Part shown: positions 9,501 to 20,128 of the stretch, one piece after another | Layout of the letters: each line of letters begins with the position of its first letter | How positions within the stretch are numbered: the first letter of the stretch is position 1 | Assembly (NCBI GenBank): GCA_008369845.1 | Contig: MRSU01008052.1 | Location: 1 to 54,358, forward strand | From: Trichomonas gallinae | Taxonomy: Eukaryota | Direction: 5' to 3' | Length of the DNA: 54,358 bases | Position numbers and translations under genes: made by a program | Notes under the pieces: model-generated | Told to the model about the DNA's origin: nothing | Databases searched by the model: none | The model's input: only the letters and a program-made list of their open reading frames with translations

Positions 9501-11938
9501 AACGAGTTGAATCTAACAGCGAGCTCGAGAATCGTGTTTTGCATCTGCTGGAAAATTATCAATCGTTTGAGGATCTCGAAATCAGCTGCAAATATGATGT
9601 CTTTGACGAATGAATCATTGCAGAAGTCGATGCTTGTGTTTTCGAATTCCGTGTAAGCGAATTGGATGGAATTGGACATAGATGGTGCATCTAAGTCAAT
9701 AACTTCTTGAGCTGAAACTTCCATGAAAGGATTCATCAAAACTCCGATGTCTGTTATTCCCAGACTGTTGCACTGCTTGAAGTAGGTGTTCTGCATGATA
9801 TCTGTCCTGATAACAGAGCTCTGCAGATGCCACGCGTAGAGATAGAACCTTCTCATTGATACCATGAACCTCAGTTTCCTGCTTTCGTTCATATTCGTGA
9901 TCAGACTGTTTCCGTAGTCGAACTTGTTCACGTAGAAAGAAGTGAATAAAGACATGACCGGATCAGAAAGTGGAAAATTGAACTCGAAGGAAGACTGGTC
10001 GTAAGGGAAGAATCCTTTCTTCGTTAGATTGAGAATTAAGTCGTTAAACTCATTCCAAAGTGCCATCTCTGAATATATATGGTATTTCGAGTGTCTCACA
10101 CCAATCGCTTCGTCGAAATCTCTGGCCAAACTTGGAACAATTTGGTAAAACTTTTTAAGTTTTTCGAGCGAAAAGTAAACCTCGAAAATTGTCGTTGGAA
10201 TTGATTCGATGAAATTCCTGTGAAGAAGGCCGCAATCAGGGATCAAAATAGGCCTGTCGAAAATAGGGATTGTGCCCTTCATTTGGTGGCTTAAATTCCT
10301 TTCCTGGAGAACCTGCATGTTCAGCAAAAATCTTAAAACTTTTGCCTTCGCTTCGAGAAGATTTATTACCAATTCGTAAGGAGCTTCATAGGTTTTATAG
10401 AGCGGTAAATTTAACACTGGCTTCTCTATGGCTATCTCATATATAATCTGTGCGATAGAGTCCGAATGCGTGTGCTCGTATACTTCCATGAAGATTTGTA
10501 TCAAACTTCTTTTTGCCATGAAATATCTGTAATGCAAATCGAGCAGTTTCTCAATCATGGCGTCTCTGTTTATTATAGGGATATCCTTCTTGTTATTCTC
10601 GATGAGCTTGTGCTCAGCATTCTCCGTGTAATATGAGCCAATGCGAATCAGAAAATTCTTGAACTCTTCGAATTCTGCCAAAGCTGTCTTGAAAAGTATC
10701 GGCTGACCTTTGTAAGTTATATTCAGCATGTGAATGAGATCTGTGTTATTCGTCACGTGGTAATCACTGTCAAAGGACTCCTGAAGATAATAGCGCACGA
10801 ACTCGAAATAGTTGATCATCGAAAGGCAGCAGAAAAGTAGATATTTTTCGCGTGTGAACCTTAATTTGTACCAGGCAGAAATTTTGTGCGTTGCGATGAG
10901 CGGACGCTTTTGGTTGCCCTTAACCATGTTTCCTACCATCGTGTTATAAGAATTTGTCTGTTCTGTAAAATATGCATCAATTTCTTGTTCTTTGAAATCC
11001 AGCCTCTTAAACAAGTTTTCCATCTCTATGTCGACTGTTATTTCATTAAATAAAGCAGTTTGTGTCAATAATTCCATATTTGGAGGAGTAGCTCTTTGTT
11101 CAATTTGAATATCGTGGACTGGATAAGTCATCATGTTCAGTAGTTTAAAGTACTTCTTAAGGTTTTTATCTGCGATATAAAGAAAGCCCTGGCCATCGGC
11201 TGAGTTAATATTTGAATCAATTTGGAAAAAGTTAGCATAAGCGATTAGAAAAGTATCAAGTGTAGGTTCATCGATCGGATAGTATATAATTGGCTTGCCA
11301 TCTGCGTATTTTGTGTGATATTCTTGAACTAATTCGAATAAACGTGTATAAATGTTGTTTCTCGTAGTAATTGGGAATGTCCTAAGTGTGGAAAGCAAAA
11401 CTTTATACATAGCTTTTCTATTTCTCGAGCAAAATGTAGCCTCCAATTCAAATTGCAAATCTGTAGTTGTTAATGTCGTTTGTTGTGTGCATTTCAGTCT
11501 TGATAAGCTTTCTTCGCATTGTTCAAGATATTTAGAAACGGATTCCAAAAATAATAAAATCGAAGGATGCGTTTGCATGACAATTTCGATCTTTGAGCAG
11601 CGTTTTTCGACGATTGACTTCAACTTGGTAACGCGGGATATTTCATTTGTAAAAAAATCCAGCAGCGTTTGCCTGGAATCTGCTGGAACTTCGCAATCTT
11701 TCGTTGGTGAGTTGATTATTTCTTCTGCAAATGTCTTGGCTGATGGAATAGGATACGGGTCGTTGAATTTTAGGAGAAAAGAGTCCCTAACTGCCCGATA
11801 ATCTAACATCGATTTCAATTCAGGTATCTTTTTCGCAAGAGAAGCAATCTCATATGGATTCAGTTTCGAAAGTTGCGTCTCGATGACCCCATTTAACTTT
11901 TTCACGAGAAGCTCAAGGACGGCTTCTGAGTATTCCAT
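6524..11938 (-). CDS. Large (1804 aa) helical protein with long C-terminal coiled coil, function unknown
   Basis: Uninterrupted 5.4-kb ORF. The last ~400 aa are E/K/L-rich heptads. No catalytic motif recognised. Confidence 0.85.
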   Translation of the reverse strand: MEYSEAVLELLVKKLNGVIETQLSKLNPYEIASLAKKIPELKSMLDYRAVRDSFLLKFNDPYPIPSAKTFAEEIINSPTKDCEVPADSRQTLLDFFTNEISRVTKLKSIVEKRCSKIEIVMQTHPSILLFLESVSKYLEQCEESLSRLKCTQQTTLTTTDLQFELEATFCSRNRKAMYKVLLSTLRTFPITTRNNIYTRLFELVQEYHTKYADGKPIIYYPIDEPTLDTFLIAYANFFQIDSNINSADGQGFLYIADKNLKKYFKLLNMMTYPVHDIQIEQRATPPNMELLTQTALFNEITVDIEMENLFKRLDFKEQEIDAYFTEQTNSYNTMVGNMVKGNQKRPLIATHKISAWYKLRFTREKYLLFCCLSMINYFEFVRYYLQESFDSDYHVTNNTDLIHMLNITYKGQPILFKTALAEFEEFKNFLIRIGSYYTENAEHKLIENNKKDIPIINRDAMIEKLLDLHYRYFMAKRSLIQIFMEVYEHTHSDSIAQIIYEIAIEKPVLNLPLYKTYEAPYELVINLLEAKAKVLRFLLNMQVLQERNLSHQMKGTIPIFDRPILIPDCGLLHRNFIESIPTTIFEVYFSLEKLKKFYQIVPSLARDFDEAIGVRHSKYHIYSEMALWNEFNDLILNLTKKGFFPYDQSSFEFNFPLSDPVMSLFTSFYVNKFDYGNSLITNMNESRKLRFMVSMRRFYLYAWHLQSSVIRTDIMQNTYFKQCNSLGITDIGVLMNPFMEVSAQEVIDLDAPSMSNSIQFAYTEFENTSIDFCNDSFVKDIIFAADFEILKRLIIFQQMQNTILELAVRFNSFILDARHVVTHFELHDSLDVFMTGSETSDNVGRKAILQAIATKLFYNPSSIYRDYKTASESQNSYILSIHTTKSKSRTILSAHAKQKVMSTPELLDLYRSEMLDAFAPFAYRIEIARICKLEEYYLTVNSFSDTYTLGPDNTQEMIGEDGHFSRFMFIPTWVEIFKMLQNSPHARQSMVLKSLLQYITARFRIFCIVRQESALQMRTSQVLTTMYEENFKLETPTFQHIRSKLESMPDSREVEICAKYMSDFERLFFLRFEFAVLQALEQFYISSNLEMSGQRVADPQFGERMKDLWISMHKDQECQTGLISSVRYVPDWEKEFCFSCVEADRDELHTRLQMVDKYICDSIKVRFSFDNIAGATDFLALSITQTHMKFAFFLLLRKFNAQKLDTKESVRQITLEIFSAGTPQWNDLIVKKAIEHLAPKDASASRLIQSVPETKLAQAIFDVVRNHIDLMLLTEQIDGLNKLIDEVSAIEVQKNPPGTEKQEFYDLNLDEDPESIDKDFEHEYNYRLAKIVALNARVAEEATTILEGQKTFNSSVYEEKALDLSSSLRGFAKESINKITSKWNKLIKHASTVIENNNNDINTVDIVSRLASTRFTRQVDATIGTEFHDGFIELNTLRNAVTALQQQYAMQEEGIREDTRGEMNRLVADLKQQLFLRKNNFNGVKRRVYNDVFKKINSAKEVAMNMTSARNESSDEERRLAADAEHKRILDKINVVNEQMRKEIIRIRIIKVLGKIAVPLARQKDIDAAEEERKVANGDMWNKKLKAEEREEKLKRDLLKAHSRLCETELEISRLSQQLDSEKMSNIQLVHWKAKNMKVVEEMNKKIKEFNDDSGINIDELVDKLDAAQEELEQLREETDLLELEADNTVRRTISSLNEKRAQKKQALAQSMRGLQSQAIKPEYNLEEIAQRLSDDNIRLRMENEELEKQIAELEEQKASKPQEILQMMENVTKQRSQSRISSQTKKKAIFKPTPSPKTLPRRI

Positions 11939-12970
11939 CCTTTTGATAAAAAAAACGAACTTTCATGCCCACGAATTTTTAAAAAATCATAATCTATATC
12001 TTAATAATTTCACTTTTTGCCATATAATTTTGGTGAAACATTTATATTTTTTAATAAAAATATTTTTTTTTGCTCGACAATATATGGATTTCATTGCATT
12101 ATATGATTCCTCACAGTCATTAAACATTTCATCTAAACTGATGATTCATGAAATTCATGCAATAAAATATTCACATGTGTATTCAAAAATAATTACATGT
12201 TTTTCCGATTTAAACAATTGATCATGAATACTGTAGAACAATAGCATTATAATTTTAATTCAGCACATCATATTATGTAAAATAATTTGATTTTTCATTA
12301 AAATTGATTTTTTTTTTAATGAAAAATGACTTATAAGCTAATATCATAGACTAATATTTGATTTTTTAATAGTATATCATAACTATTATCCATTTATGTA
12401 TTTGATAAATTAATGAAATATATATATTTTGATTATGTGAGAATTATAAATCAATATATGCATGTTTCATCACCAACAACAGTTATGTCATCAATTTAAG
12501 TTCATATTCAGATTCTGGAAATGATTTTGAAGGTATTTAGAAGCGATTGATGCGATTCATTGAAAATAAGACAATCTATTTAGTAGAAGCATATATTGAT
12601 ATAAAAATTAGTTGAACATGGAAATTTCGAGAATCCACCAAATATCATTGTTTAAACACAGATATAGTATATTTTGCTTTATTATTTGAATATGTTATAT
12701 GTCTGAAGGCATCAATTTAACTAAATATCATAAGATTAGGTTATATATACTCTAACATCAATTTTGGTGAGAAAAAATACGGTATGATATATTTATTTTG
12801 TCATATTCACTTAGAGAATTAGTAAATGATGTCATCTCTCGTAGAAATTTTCCTTATTTTCTAAGTACGAAACGCACTCGAGAAAAAAACAATAAATTTG
12901 CCAAATAAATAATTTACATGACAAAAAGTGATGAATTTTTGGACGAACGGTTTTGACATTAATTTTTTCC

Positions 12971-13552
12971 ATGTCTGTTGATTTCTATATTGAGCATGTT
13001 CGAGGAATAATAGACGAGGTGAAATTCGATTTATCTAAGCTCGAAAGCGTTAAAAGTGATTCAAGAATTCCTTTAATCGATCAAATGCTTGAAAAGATTA
13101 AAGGAGCCAACGATTCTTTGGACGAAATACAGCATGGAATGGTATATGTAGCCACTAATGAAAAACAAAATGTTGCTAGAACTCTTCAACAACTCAGAAA
13201 TGATATTGATTCTTTGGAAAATCGCCTTACTACAAATCGCCAGAGAACACAACTCATGGCAGGAGCAAGTTCAGCTCCTAACCTAAGCGTTCAAGACTCT
13301 TTATTGGAAATTTCTCAAACAATGTCCGAGAGTCAATCAATAGGAAATGGAATTCTTACGCAACTTTCAAATCAAAGGAACAAACTCCTTCATGCTCATG
13401 GAAATGTCCATGAAATTGATGATACTGTTTCGAAAGCTTCTCAAGTTGTTGCAAGAATGATTCAGCGTGCAAATCAAAACAAGATGATTGCATATGGATG
13501 TGTTGCTCTACTTGTACTTGGTATATTACTTATCCTTTATTTGTGGTTCTAA
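12971..13552 (+). CDS. Vti1-like Qb-SNARE
   Basis: ATG at 12971. N-terminal three-helix region, SNARE motif SQSIGNGILTQLSNQRNKL and C-terminal TM anchor. Confidence 0.85.
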   Translation: MSVDFYIEHVRGIIDEVKFDLSKLESVKSDSRIPLIDQMLEKIKGANDSLDEIQHGMVYVATNEKQNVARTLQQLRNDIDSLENRLTTNRQRTQLMAGASSAPNLSVQDSLLEISQTMSESQSIGNGILTQLSNQRNKLLHAHGNVHEIDDTVSKASQVVARMIQRANQNKMIAYGCVALLVLGILLILYLWF

Positions 13553-13763
13553 AGATTTTATAGATTGTTCGTTTTATTCCACTTATCAGACTCTGTATAG
13601 TAAATATATAAACTGTTTGATGTGAACTGATTTTTATTATATAGTTATAATAAATCTTTTCGAATATTATTTTTTAAAATATTTTGATAACTTTAAAATA
13701 GTAGTTGTAAATTGAATATATAAATCGTTTTTATTAATGACATATTTATTTATATTAAATCAG

Positions 13764-14636
13764 TTAATAGATCATGAAATCAAAAATACCATAAAAATCG
13801 CCCTTCTTTGGCTTGAAAGTCCACCATGGAATGATTGGTGTCTTATTTAGTTTTGTATTTGTAAAGTGAACTTTCTCCCAATGATGAAGCTGACGAGCGC
13901 GAATGACAAGATTTGGTATAACCCATACTAAGACTGCAAGTGAGCCTACAGAGATGCTGCAGAACAAGCACCATGATACAACCATGATTAGTTCGCATGT
14001 ATAATTCGCTGCTGTGACTTTCTTGAATAATCCTAAAACAAGAACACTATATCCGCGTTTCTTCTTATTCTTTCTTGTGCCCAGGTAAACATCATAACGT
14101 ATATTCATCAGGAAAGCTAATATCCATATTCCTGTTAAAACATAAAGTAAAATTCCGCCAAATCCCCAATATTCCATCATTAAAGTACGAGATTGGAGGA
14201 TTGACATCAAAATATTCGTTCCAAGGAAGTAAAGAAAAACAGTAACTGGCCATCTTCTAGAATTGAAACGGAAGAATGGGTAAATAAGTCCTCTCCACAA
14301 TCTGTAAGCTATAATCATCAATGATGGAACGTTAATTGGATCCATTCCTGTAGTTTGTTTTGAGAAAAGCAATGTGAAATAAACAAAAGCAACGAGAGAG
14401 ATCATATTGACTAAGAAAATTGATAATGCTGCTGGAATTAAAAACCAAAGCTTATGCTTATCAAGTGGCTCATGATAAAGTCTTCCGTAATTTATTGGAT
14501 TTTTTGCGCGCGAATAGGAAATGAACAATGCAAGAGCAGTAGTCAATAAAGCAAATATATTAAAGAACCATTCGTGAATTAATAACCTCCCAAACTCATA
14601 AATAATTGGTATGTAAGGAAGATTTATTGATTTCAT
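13764..14636 (-). CDS. 3-oxo-5-alpha-steroid 4-dehydrogenase family membrane reductase
   Basis: Multi-TM protein with NYGRL, GLFKKVTAANYTCELI, NLVIRARQLHHW and terminal PIIPW motifs typical of the family. Confidence 0.85.
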   Translation of the reverse strand: MKSINLPYIPIIYEFGRLLIHEWFFNIFALLTTALALFISYSRAKNPINYGRLYHEPLDKHKLWFLIPAALSIFLVNMISLVAFVYFTLLFSKQTTGMDPINVPSLMIIAYRLWRGLIYPFFRFNSRRWPVTVFLYFLGTNILMSILQSRTLMMEYWGFGGILLYVLTGIWILAFLMNIRYDVYLGTRKNKKKRGYSVLVLGLFKKVTAANYTCELIMVVSWCLFCSISVGSLAVLVWVIPNLVIRARQLHHWEKVHFTNTKLNKTPIIPWWTFKPKKGDFYGIFDFMIY

Positions 14637-15225
14637 ATTATGATTTTCATATCACATGTCATAAAACTATTTCACATTTTTTATTTCTCTCATTTTTATC
14701 AAAATATAAAGATTACATCCAATTTATAATTAAAATAATACAAAAATTTAATTTTTATATTAAAAAAATCACGAGCAAACTTTCATTAAGACAAAACTCT
14801 ACACTCACGAGTATGAGTATCTTCTATTAGATCATTATAAAATATACATTAATATATAACATAATGTCATGGTTGGTACATTAATTTACAATTCATTTGC
14901 TGAATAATAAAATAGATAAATCTAAGTGAAAAATTGCAAAAAATGACATTTATGGAAATTACATGTCAATATTTTATTTACCAAAAAATATAAAATAGTA
15001 ACTATTATTGTATTGATTTGCAGAAAAAATTTGAGAATATTTTTGACATTTGACATTTTTTGTAAATTGCCGATGGCGAAATTTTGAATTTGACATTTTA
15101 CAAAATTTTGTGTTTACATGTCAAAAATGAAAATGAATGATAAAATGCAATATTGTCTGTTTGCAAATCGATATTTTGATTTTTTGCAAACGTGCTCAGA
15201 ATTTTTTTCTTACAAAAAAAAAAAG

Positions 15226-17622
15226 ATGGAAGCGATAAATGAATTTAAAGCAAATGTAATGTCTTTATCCCAAGTCACATCAGGCAACCTCTCCAACATT
15301 GAGAGCTTCTTCCTAAATTTCATCAAGATTGACAACGTTTTAGATTTTATCAATGAAATTTACGGCAATCGGCAAGAAAGACTAGTTTCTCAAATGTTTG
15401 CGATCATGCTGAAGCTGTTTATACAGTACCATTGGCCTGAAATACATCCTCAAATCCAAGAAATACTTTTTGGGAAATTAATTCAGCTGATCAGTGGTAA
15501 AGTTGAAGCTTATCTTCAATTAAACTGTTGTCTATCCGATATTACACTGTTCAATCCATCACTGGTTCAAACATATTTTGAAAATGTTCAAGATCCCCAA
15601 ATTCGACTTGATTTCTTGAAAAACATCATCTGTGATGCAGATAAATACTTTATGACAAGATATTTCAGTGTGGAGGACATTCAAAATGTGTGTTTGCAAA
15701 TGCTTGAAATTATCTTCAATAATTTCGATAATTATCAAGGAGCAGATCGTTATTCTCTTATAAATGACTCAATAAAACTCGCTCCATATCTCTCCTTCTT
15801 TGTTCCTCTTCAAGATGAAATTTTTGGATTATCACAAAGCGAAGATACAATTGATTTCTTGCTTCCAATCATTGACTCCGTATTTAGTATTGCTTCATCA
15901 AGGATGACTGAAGAAGATGAAAGTTTTTATCATATGATTTATCATTCATCGTTTGTAGTCTCAAGGACTTATTTCCAACAGGGGCAAATTGACGAAACAC
16001 TGATTTATATAACAAAACCAATTGATTTTGAAGCAATGTTCATATTTACACCAGATTATCAAGAAGAATTATCATTTATAGGCGAAGTTTTCACTGCTGT
16101 CATAGATAATTCTTTAATAGATAATGAGAACTTTAGAGAGCTCATCAAAATATTCACCTATATCTGCACAATTCCTGTGCGAAGCGAAGATATGCTTAAT
16201 TTCTATCTAATGATACTAGATATCACAGTTCTTCTAGCGTCAAATGGAATTCCATGCTATGACTTTGAGTATTCTTTATTAATGGATGTTTTAGGCGAAC
16301 AAATTAATCAATATTTTGTTGATAGACTTTCTTCCGAGATACAGCCCGGCCATTTCTTCCTGGCATCAAGATTCAATATAATTAACAGACAGATTCTTAA
16401 TCATATGGTTAAATTCTTATTAGAAAATCCATTTTATGACCGAAACATGATTGATTTTGTATCAGAATATGGTATATCTTATAGTTCTAATGTCGCACAA
16501 TTCATCCAAATTCTGGCAAACGTACCAGAAGAGTTAATTTATTTTTCAGCTGAAGCTATTGGTAAACTGATCAATCAACTAGCGAATGCAAGAGCCTTGA
16601 TTAACGATGAGTTGGTAAATTGGCTCATTAAAGGATTAAATGACTTCACAAACCTAAATTCGATGAATGTTGTTAAAGTTCTCATAGAAATTGCCGTTTG
16701 GAACGAAAAATACCAGTCAGAACTCGGTGAAATTGTTGCCCGTTATATTTCACAGATGCTTGAGTATCAGATTATGAACAAATTGTCAACATTCGATGAA
16801 TTCATGAGTTCAATAACTAATTCCATATTCAAGATGCCTAATTCGCTTCTTAATGTCAAAACCTTCATTTCCCAAGCAGTTTATTCAGATTTGTCATCAT
16901 ATGTTCAATTACCAGACTTATTCACGCAAAGGGCCATATCAGTGCTCTTCCATGAGATAGGAAAATACATTAACATAGACCAATACAGAGAATATCTAGC
17001 TTTTGTTTTAACAAATTCACCACATCCCTTCCACATTGATTGTTTCCAGAATTTCCCTGAACTTCTTCCATTTGAGCCACTCACAAACTACATCAACACT
17101 GTGGAAGGTGAAGATAGACAGTTTGTTTATTCAAAAGCTTTAATGTTGTTTAATTCATTATCAATAAGACAGAGAAATGATGATTTGCTGCAGAAAATGC
17201 TTTCAATATTGTCTATTGATTCAATTTTGCAACTTATGCAGTCAAATGTAGAATCAACAATATCTAATGCTCTTGTTTGTGCTCAAGCTGTTATCACGAT
17301 GCAAAATGGCTTTGCAGAGGCTTTTATAGAATCTGTCAGTAGAATTTTTGCATCTTCTATATCATATAGGATTTTAGTTATTGCAACTCGAATTATAATC
17401 GAAACATGCAAGATTGCAGGTGATAATAGGCATGTAATCATCAATAGCATAGCGCAAATGTGCAGTGGAACCCCTGAAAACATCATTAATCCGTTTTTAG
17501 AAATATTTAATGGAACAAATGAACAGACTCCATCAAGACTCATCCACGAACTTATATTGTGGAGAAATGAAAATATGAAGACCAACACAGAAGCTCTTCT
17601 TTCTCATGTTAAAAATCAATAA
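15226..17622 (+). CDS. HEAT/ARM-repeat protein, divergent importin-beta (transportin-SR/importin-13-like) family
   Basis: Probable start ATG at 15226 after an A-run. All-helical sequence; FAIMLKLFIQYHWPEI and QLNCCLSDITL resemble the IBN_N/early HEAT repeats of karyopherins. Confidence 0.55.
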   Translation: MEAINEFKANVMSLSQVTSGNLSNIESFFLNFIKIDNVLDFINEIYGNRQERLVSQMFAIMLKLFIQYHWPEIHPQIQEILFGKLIQLISGKVEAYLQLNCCLSDITLFNPSLVQTYFENVQDPQIRLDFLKNIICDADKYFMTRYFSVEDIQNVCLQMLEIIFNNFDNYQGADRYSLINDSIKLAPYLSFFVPLQDEIFGLSQSEDTIDFLLPIIDSVFSIASSRMTEEDESFYHMIYHSSFVVSRTYFQQGQIDETLIYITKPIDFEAMFIFTPDYQEELSFIGEVFTAVIDNSLIDNENFRELIKIFTYICTIPVRSEDMLNFYLMILDITVLLASNGIPCYDFEYSLLMDVLGEQINQYFVDRLSSEIQPGHFFLASRFNIINRQILNHMVKFLLENPFYDRNMIDFVSEYGISYSSNVAQFIQILANVPEELIYFSAEAIGKLINQLANARALINDELVNWLIKGLNDFTNLNSMNVVKVLIEIAVWNEKYQSELGEIVARYISQMLEYQIMNKLSTFDEFMSSITNSIFKMPNSLLNVKTFISQAVYSDLSSYVQLPDLFTQRAISVLFHEIGKYINIDQYREYLAFVLTNSPHPFHIDCFQNFPELLPFEPLTNYINTVEGEDRQFVYSKALMLFNSLSIRQRNDDLLQKMLSILSIDSILQLMQSNVESTISNALVCAQAVITMQNGFAEAFIESVSRIFASSISYRILVIATRIIIETCKIAGDNRHVIINSIAQMCSGTPENIINPFLEIFNGTNEQTPSRLIHELILWRNENMKTNTEALLSHVKNQ

Positions 17623-18054
17623 AGATGTATATTTATATTTTAAATACTGTATTTCATCAAATCAATTTCATATTTTGTCTTGAGTACTCATTAAACAACT
17701 ATATTAAGAGCAACAAAACAAAAAAATATTCAAAAAAAACATATCTCCGATATAAAAAACGATTTTTTCCTAGATTATTTATAGATATTTTATCATTAAA
17801 AATTGATGTTTTGTTGTATATGTTACTGAAGTATAATATTATGATAATGAAAAATATTTTTATAGGATAAATTTTTCTAAAAATTCACTTTTTATGATCC
17901 GTGAACAAAAATTTATAGCAAAAAAAATATTATGGAATTTTACTAATATTATATGAGAAAAGTGAAATATATAGAATAAATGTATCAAATAAACCAAAAT
18001 CTATGATGTGCTTTCTCACTTTTTACGATAGAAAATTTTAGGCCACAAAAAAAA

Positions 18055-18342
18055 ATGACTCAACAGACAAAGATTGTTCCTGAAAACGAGGAAACATATT
18101 TAACAGCGGAAGAACTTTGTGATCCAGACAACGAGATCATTTTTGTTCAGCATCCAAAAGAAATCGAAACATCAAAAATCGAAGCTGAATTAAGAAGAAT
18201 GGAAGAGCATAAAAGAGGAAAGGAAATTGCGCTCACAGAAGTCCCTGGAGCTAAGATCTATCCAGTAGGCTTTGGAAACGAAGCTATTCTCGTCAATAAG
18301 CAAGTTGATAAATATTACGTAGCAACAGCTAAGAAGCACTAA
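18055..18342 (+). CDS. Small hypothetical protein (95 aa)
   Basis: ATG preceded by an A-run and an upstream TCACT Inr-like motif; coding-like codon usage. Confidence 0.75.
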   Translation: MTQQTKIVPENEETYLTAEELCDPDNEIIFVQHPKEIETSKIEAELRRMEEHKRGKEIALTEVPGAKIYPVGFGNEAILVNKQVDKYYVATAKKH

Positions 18343-18578
18343 GTTACTCCACATGTATAGTTTAAAGTCACTAATTTTAAGAAAATTTCGTGACATATTC
18401 ATTATTTTTATATTTTAGAGAATAAACGAATAAATCTTATTACTATTAGAACAGTAATTACTTTGCCAATATCAATAGAAATCTTTTCTGCTTAATATTT
18501 AAAAATAATGAAATTATTCAAAAATCACCGAAAAATTATATAAAAAACATTCATAAATACCTCAAGTTAGAAAACGTT

Positions 18579-19583
18579 TTAGTGGTTACGATTAGATAAC
18601 TTGTTGGTAAATGCTCTGAGTGTTTTAACTGGGAATTTGGGGTCGAGACCATCAATGATTGCATATAGCTGCTTTTCTTCTGCTTCAGTGAATTCCTTGT
18701 AAGCTTTGTAAATGTTCAGATCATTGTATAATTTCTTGATATCATCAACGAATTCATCTTTGCCGATCTTTTGATCAAGCTGCTTCTTTTGATCATCGTT
18801 AGCGAGCTCGTAGGCCTTGCACAAAAGCCACGTGATTTTTCCTTCCTTGATATCGGTTCCGACCTTGCCTGTGATGGCTGGATCACCGTAGACATCGATA
18901 TAGTCATCCTGAGCCTGGAAGTAGTAGCCTAACTTCAATGTGAAATTGACGATCTGTTCGAAATTCTCATTGAGTGCGAATTTCTGGCTGGCGATGAGGC
19001 CTAACAAGACTGGCTCAACGAACGAGTAGTAGGATGTCTTGTGTGTGACAATGAGATCGTAAGCCTTGAAAGATTTTTCTTTGGCGATGAAATCGAGTGT
19101 TTGGCCCATTGTTGTAACTGTGTTGACCTTTCTTGCCTCCTTGAGCAATTCGGCGTAGACCTTCATTGGGAGTCTCCATCTTAAAGTATCCAATAAAACG
19201 AAACCGAGATTTTCAACGATTAAAGCATCATTCACGCATTGATCACCAACCTTCTCCTTCTTGTACCAGCACATTTGGCCTCTGCGTGTCTCGCTTTGGT
19301 CCATAAGATCATCGGCCATAAGATTAGCAGCTTGAACTAACTCGAGGGTCCAACCTATGATGTAGCCGACCTTTGCTTCCTCTGAGTCTGGCGTGTAGCC
19401 TGTTAATTCCAAGTAAACGGATGACGCAACAATTCCGCGAAGGAATTTTCCGCCTCTTGTGCTGTAATCAACCATTTCGATGCAGTGGTCGTGAACCCGG
19501 TCGGCTGCAATCTCGTGGAGATAGTCAGAAATGATCTTTCTAACCTCAGGGTAGAAAGCAATGAACTCTTCAGCACCCAGCAT
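18579..19583 (-). CDS. Trans-isoprenyl diphosphate synthase, eukaryotic FPP-synthase family
   Basis: GGKFLRG, FARM DDLMD...RRG, GQTLD, KTSYYSF, SARM FQAQDDYID and GKVGTDIKEGK motifs. Confidence 0.95.
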   Translation of the reverse strand: MLGAEEFIAFYPEVRKIISDYLHEIAADRVHDHCIEMVDYSTRGGKFLRGIVASSVYLELTGYTPDSEEAKVGYIIGWTLELVQAANLMADDLMDQSETRRGQMCWYKKEKVGDQCVNDALIVENLGFVLLDTLRWRLPMKVYAELLKEARKVNTVTTMGQTLDFIAKEKSFKAYDLIVTHKTSYYSFVEPVLLGLIASQKFALNENFEQIVNFTLKLGYYFQAQDDYIDVYGDPAITGKVGTDIKEGKITWLLCKAYELANDDQKKQLDQKIGKDEFVDDIKKLYNDLNIYKAYKEFTEAEEKQLYAIIDGLDPKFPVKTLRAFTNKLSNRNH

Positions 19584-19620
19584 TATTTATGAAGTTTACA
19601 AAACAATTTTTTTTCATGTG

Positions 19621-19980
19621 AAATGTCATGTAAATATTATTTTTGACATATAAAGTTTCTTTATTTTTGTCACTAAAACTCGAAATTATTGCTTTACTTA
19701 GTGATATTCATAGAAATATCGATCTTGAAATAATTTTATATCAATGTCATGTAAATATTGTTTCTGACATATAAAGTTAAAATATTTTTGTCATTTGAAC
19801 TCAAAATGATTTCTTTATCTTGATTATTTTCTACTAAATATTGGATTACCAAAGATTTAATACAAATGCCATGTAAAATAAATTTTGGCAAGAAAATTCG
19901 ATTTTTTTCATAGCTTTGGACTTTTTTTTAAACTCATCTTATGATGCTAAATCTCTAAATATCGACTCAAAATTGACCAA
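19621..19980. repeat. Degenerate ~121-122 bp tandem repeat (about 3 units) upstream of the prenyltransferase
   Basis: TG(T/C)CATGTAAA...TG(A/G)CA recurs at 19624, 19745 and 19867. Units 1 and 2 align over most of their length. Confidence 0.75.
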
Positions 19981-20128
19981 ATAATAAATGATAATAATAT
20001 GACCATCAAATCTAATGATGTTTTGTGATAATAACATTTATGGATATAGTCTAGAGTGGGTAAAATAGCGATATGAAAGAAAATAAATATCATCCTGAAC
20101 ATATTTACAAATATATAAAACACAAAAT

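Noticed and set aside
6564..11801. Numerous + strand ORFs inside the 1804-aa gene, and similar nested or antisense ORFs elsewhere
   Set aside because: These are antisense shadows of codon-biased real genes (Ser/Phe/Leu-rich) with no recognisable domains.
12500..12720. Possible C/D-box snoRNA (ATGAT...CTGA-like words)
   Set aside because: The boxes are imperfect, there is no terminal stem or recognisable rRNA guide, and such words are expected by chance in AT-rich DNA.
15118..15225. Upstream extensions of ORFs (also 235, 12953, 36110, 39836, 42505, 43924, 53632, 54302)
   Set aside because: They use non-ATG starts or run through promoter motifs and A-tracts. Downstream ATGs give proper signal peptides or domain starts.
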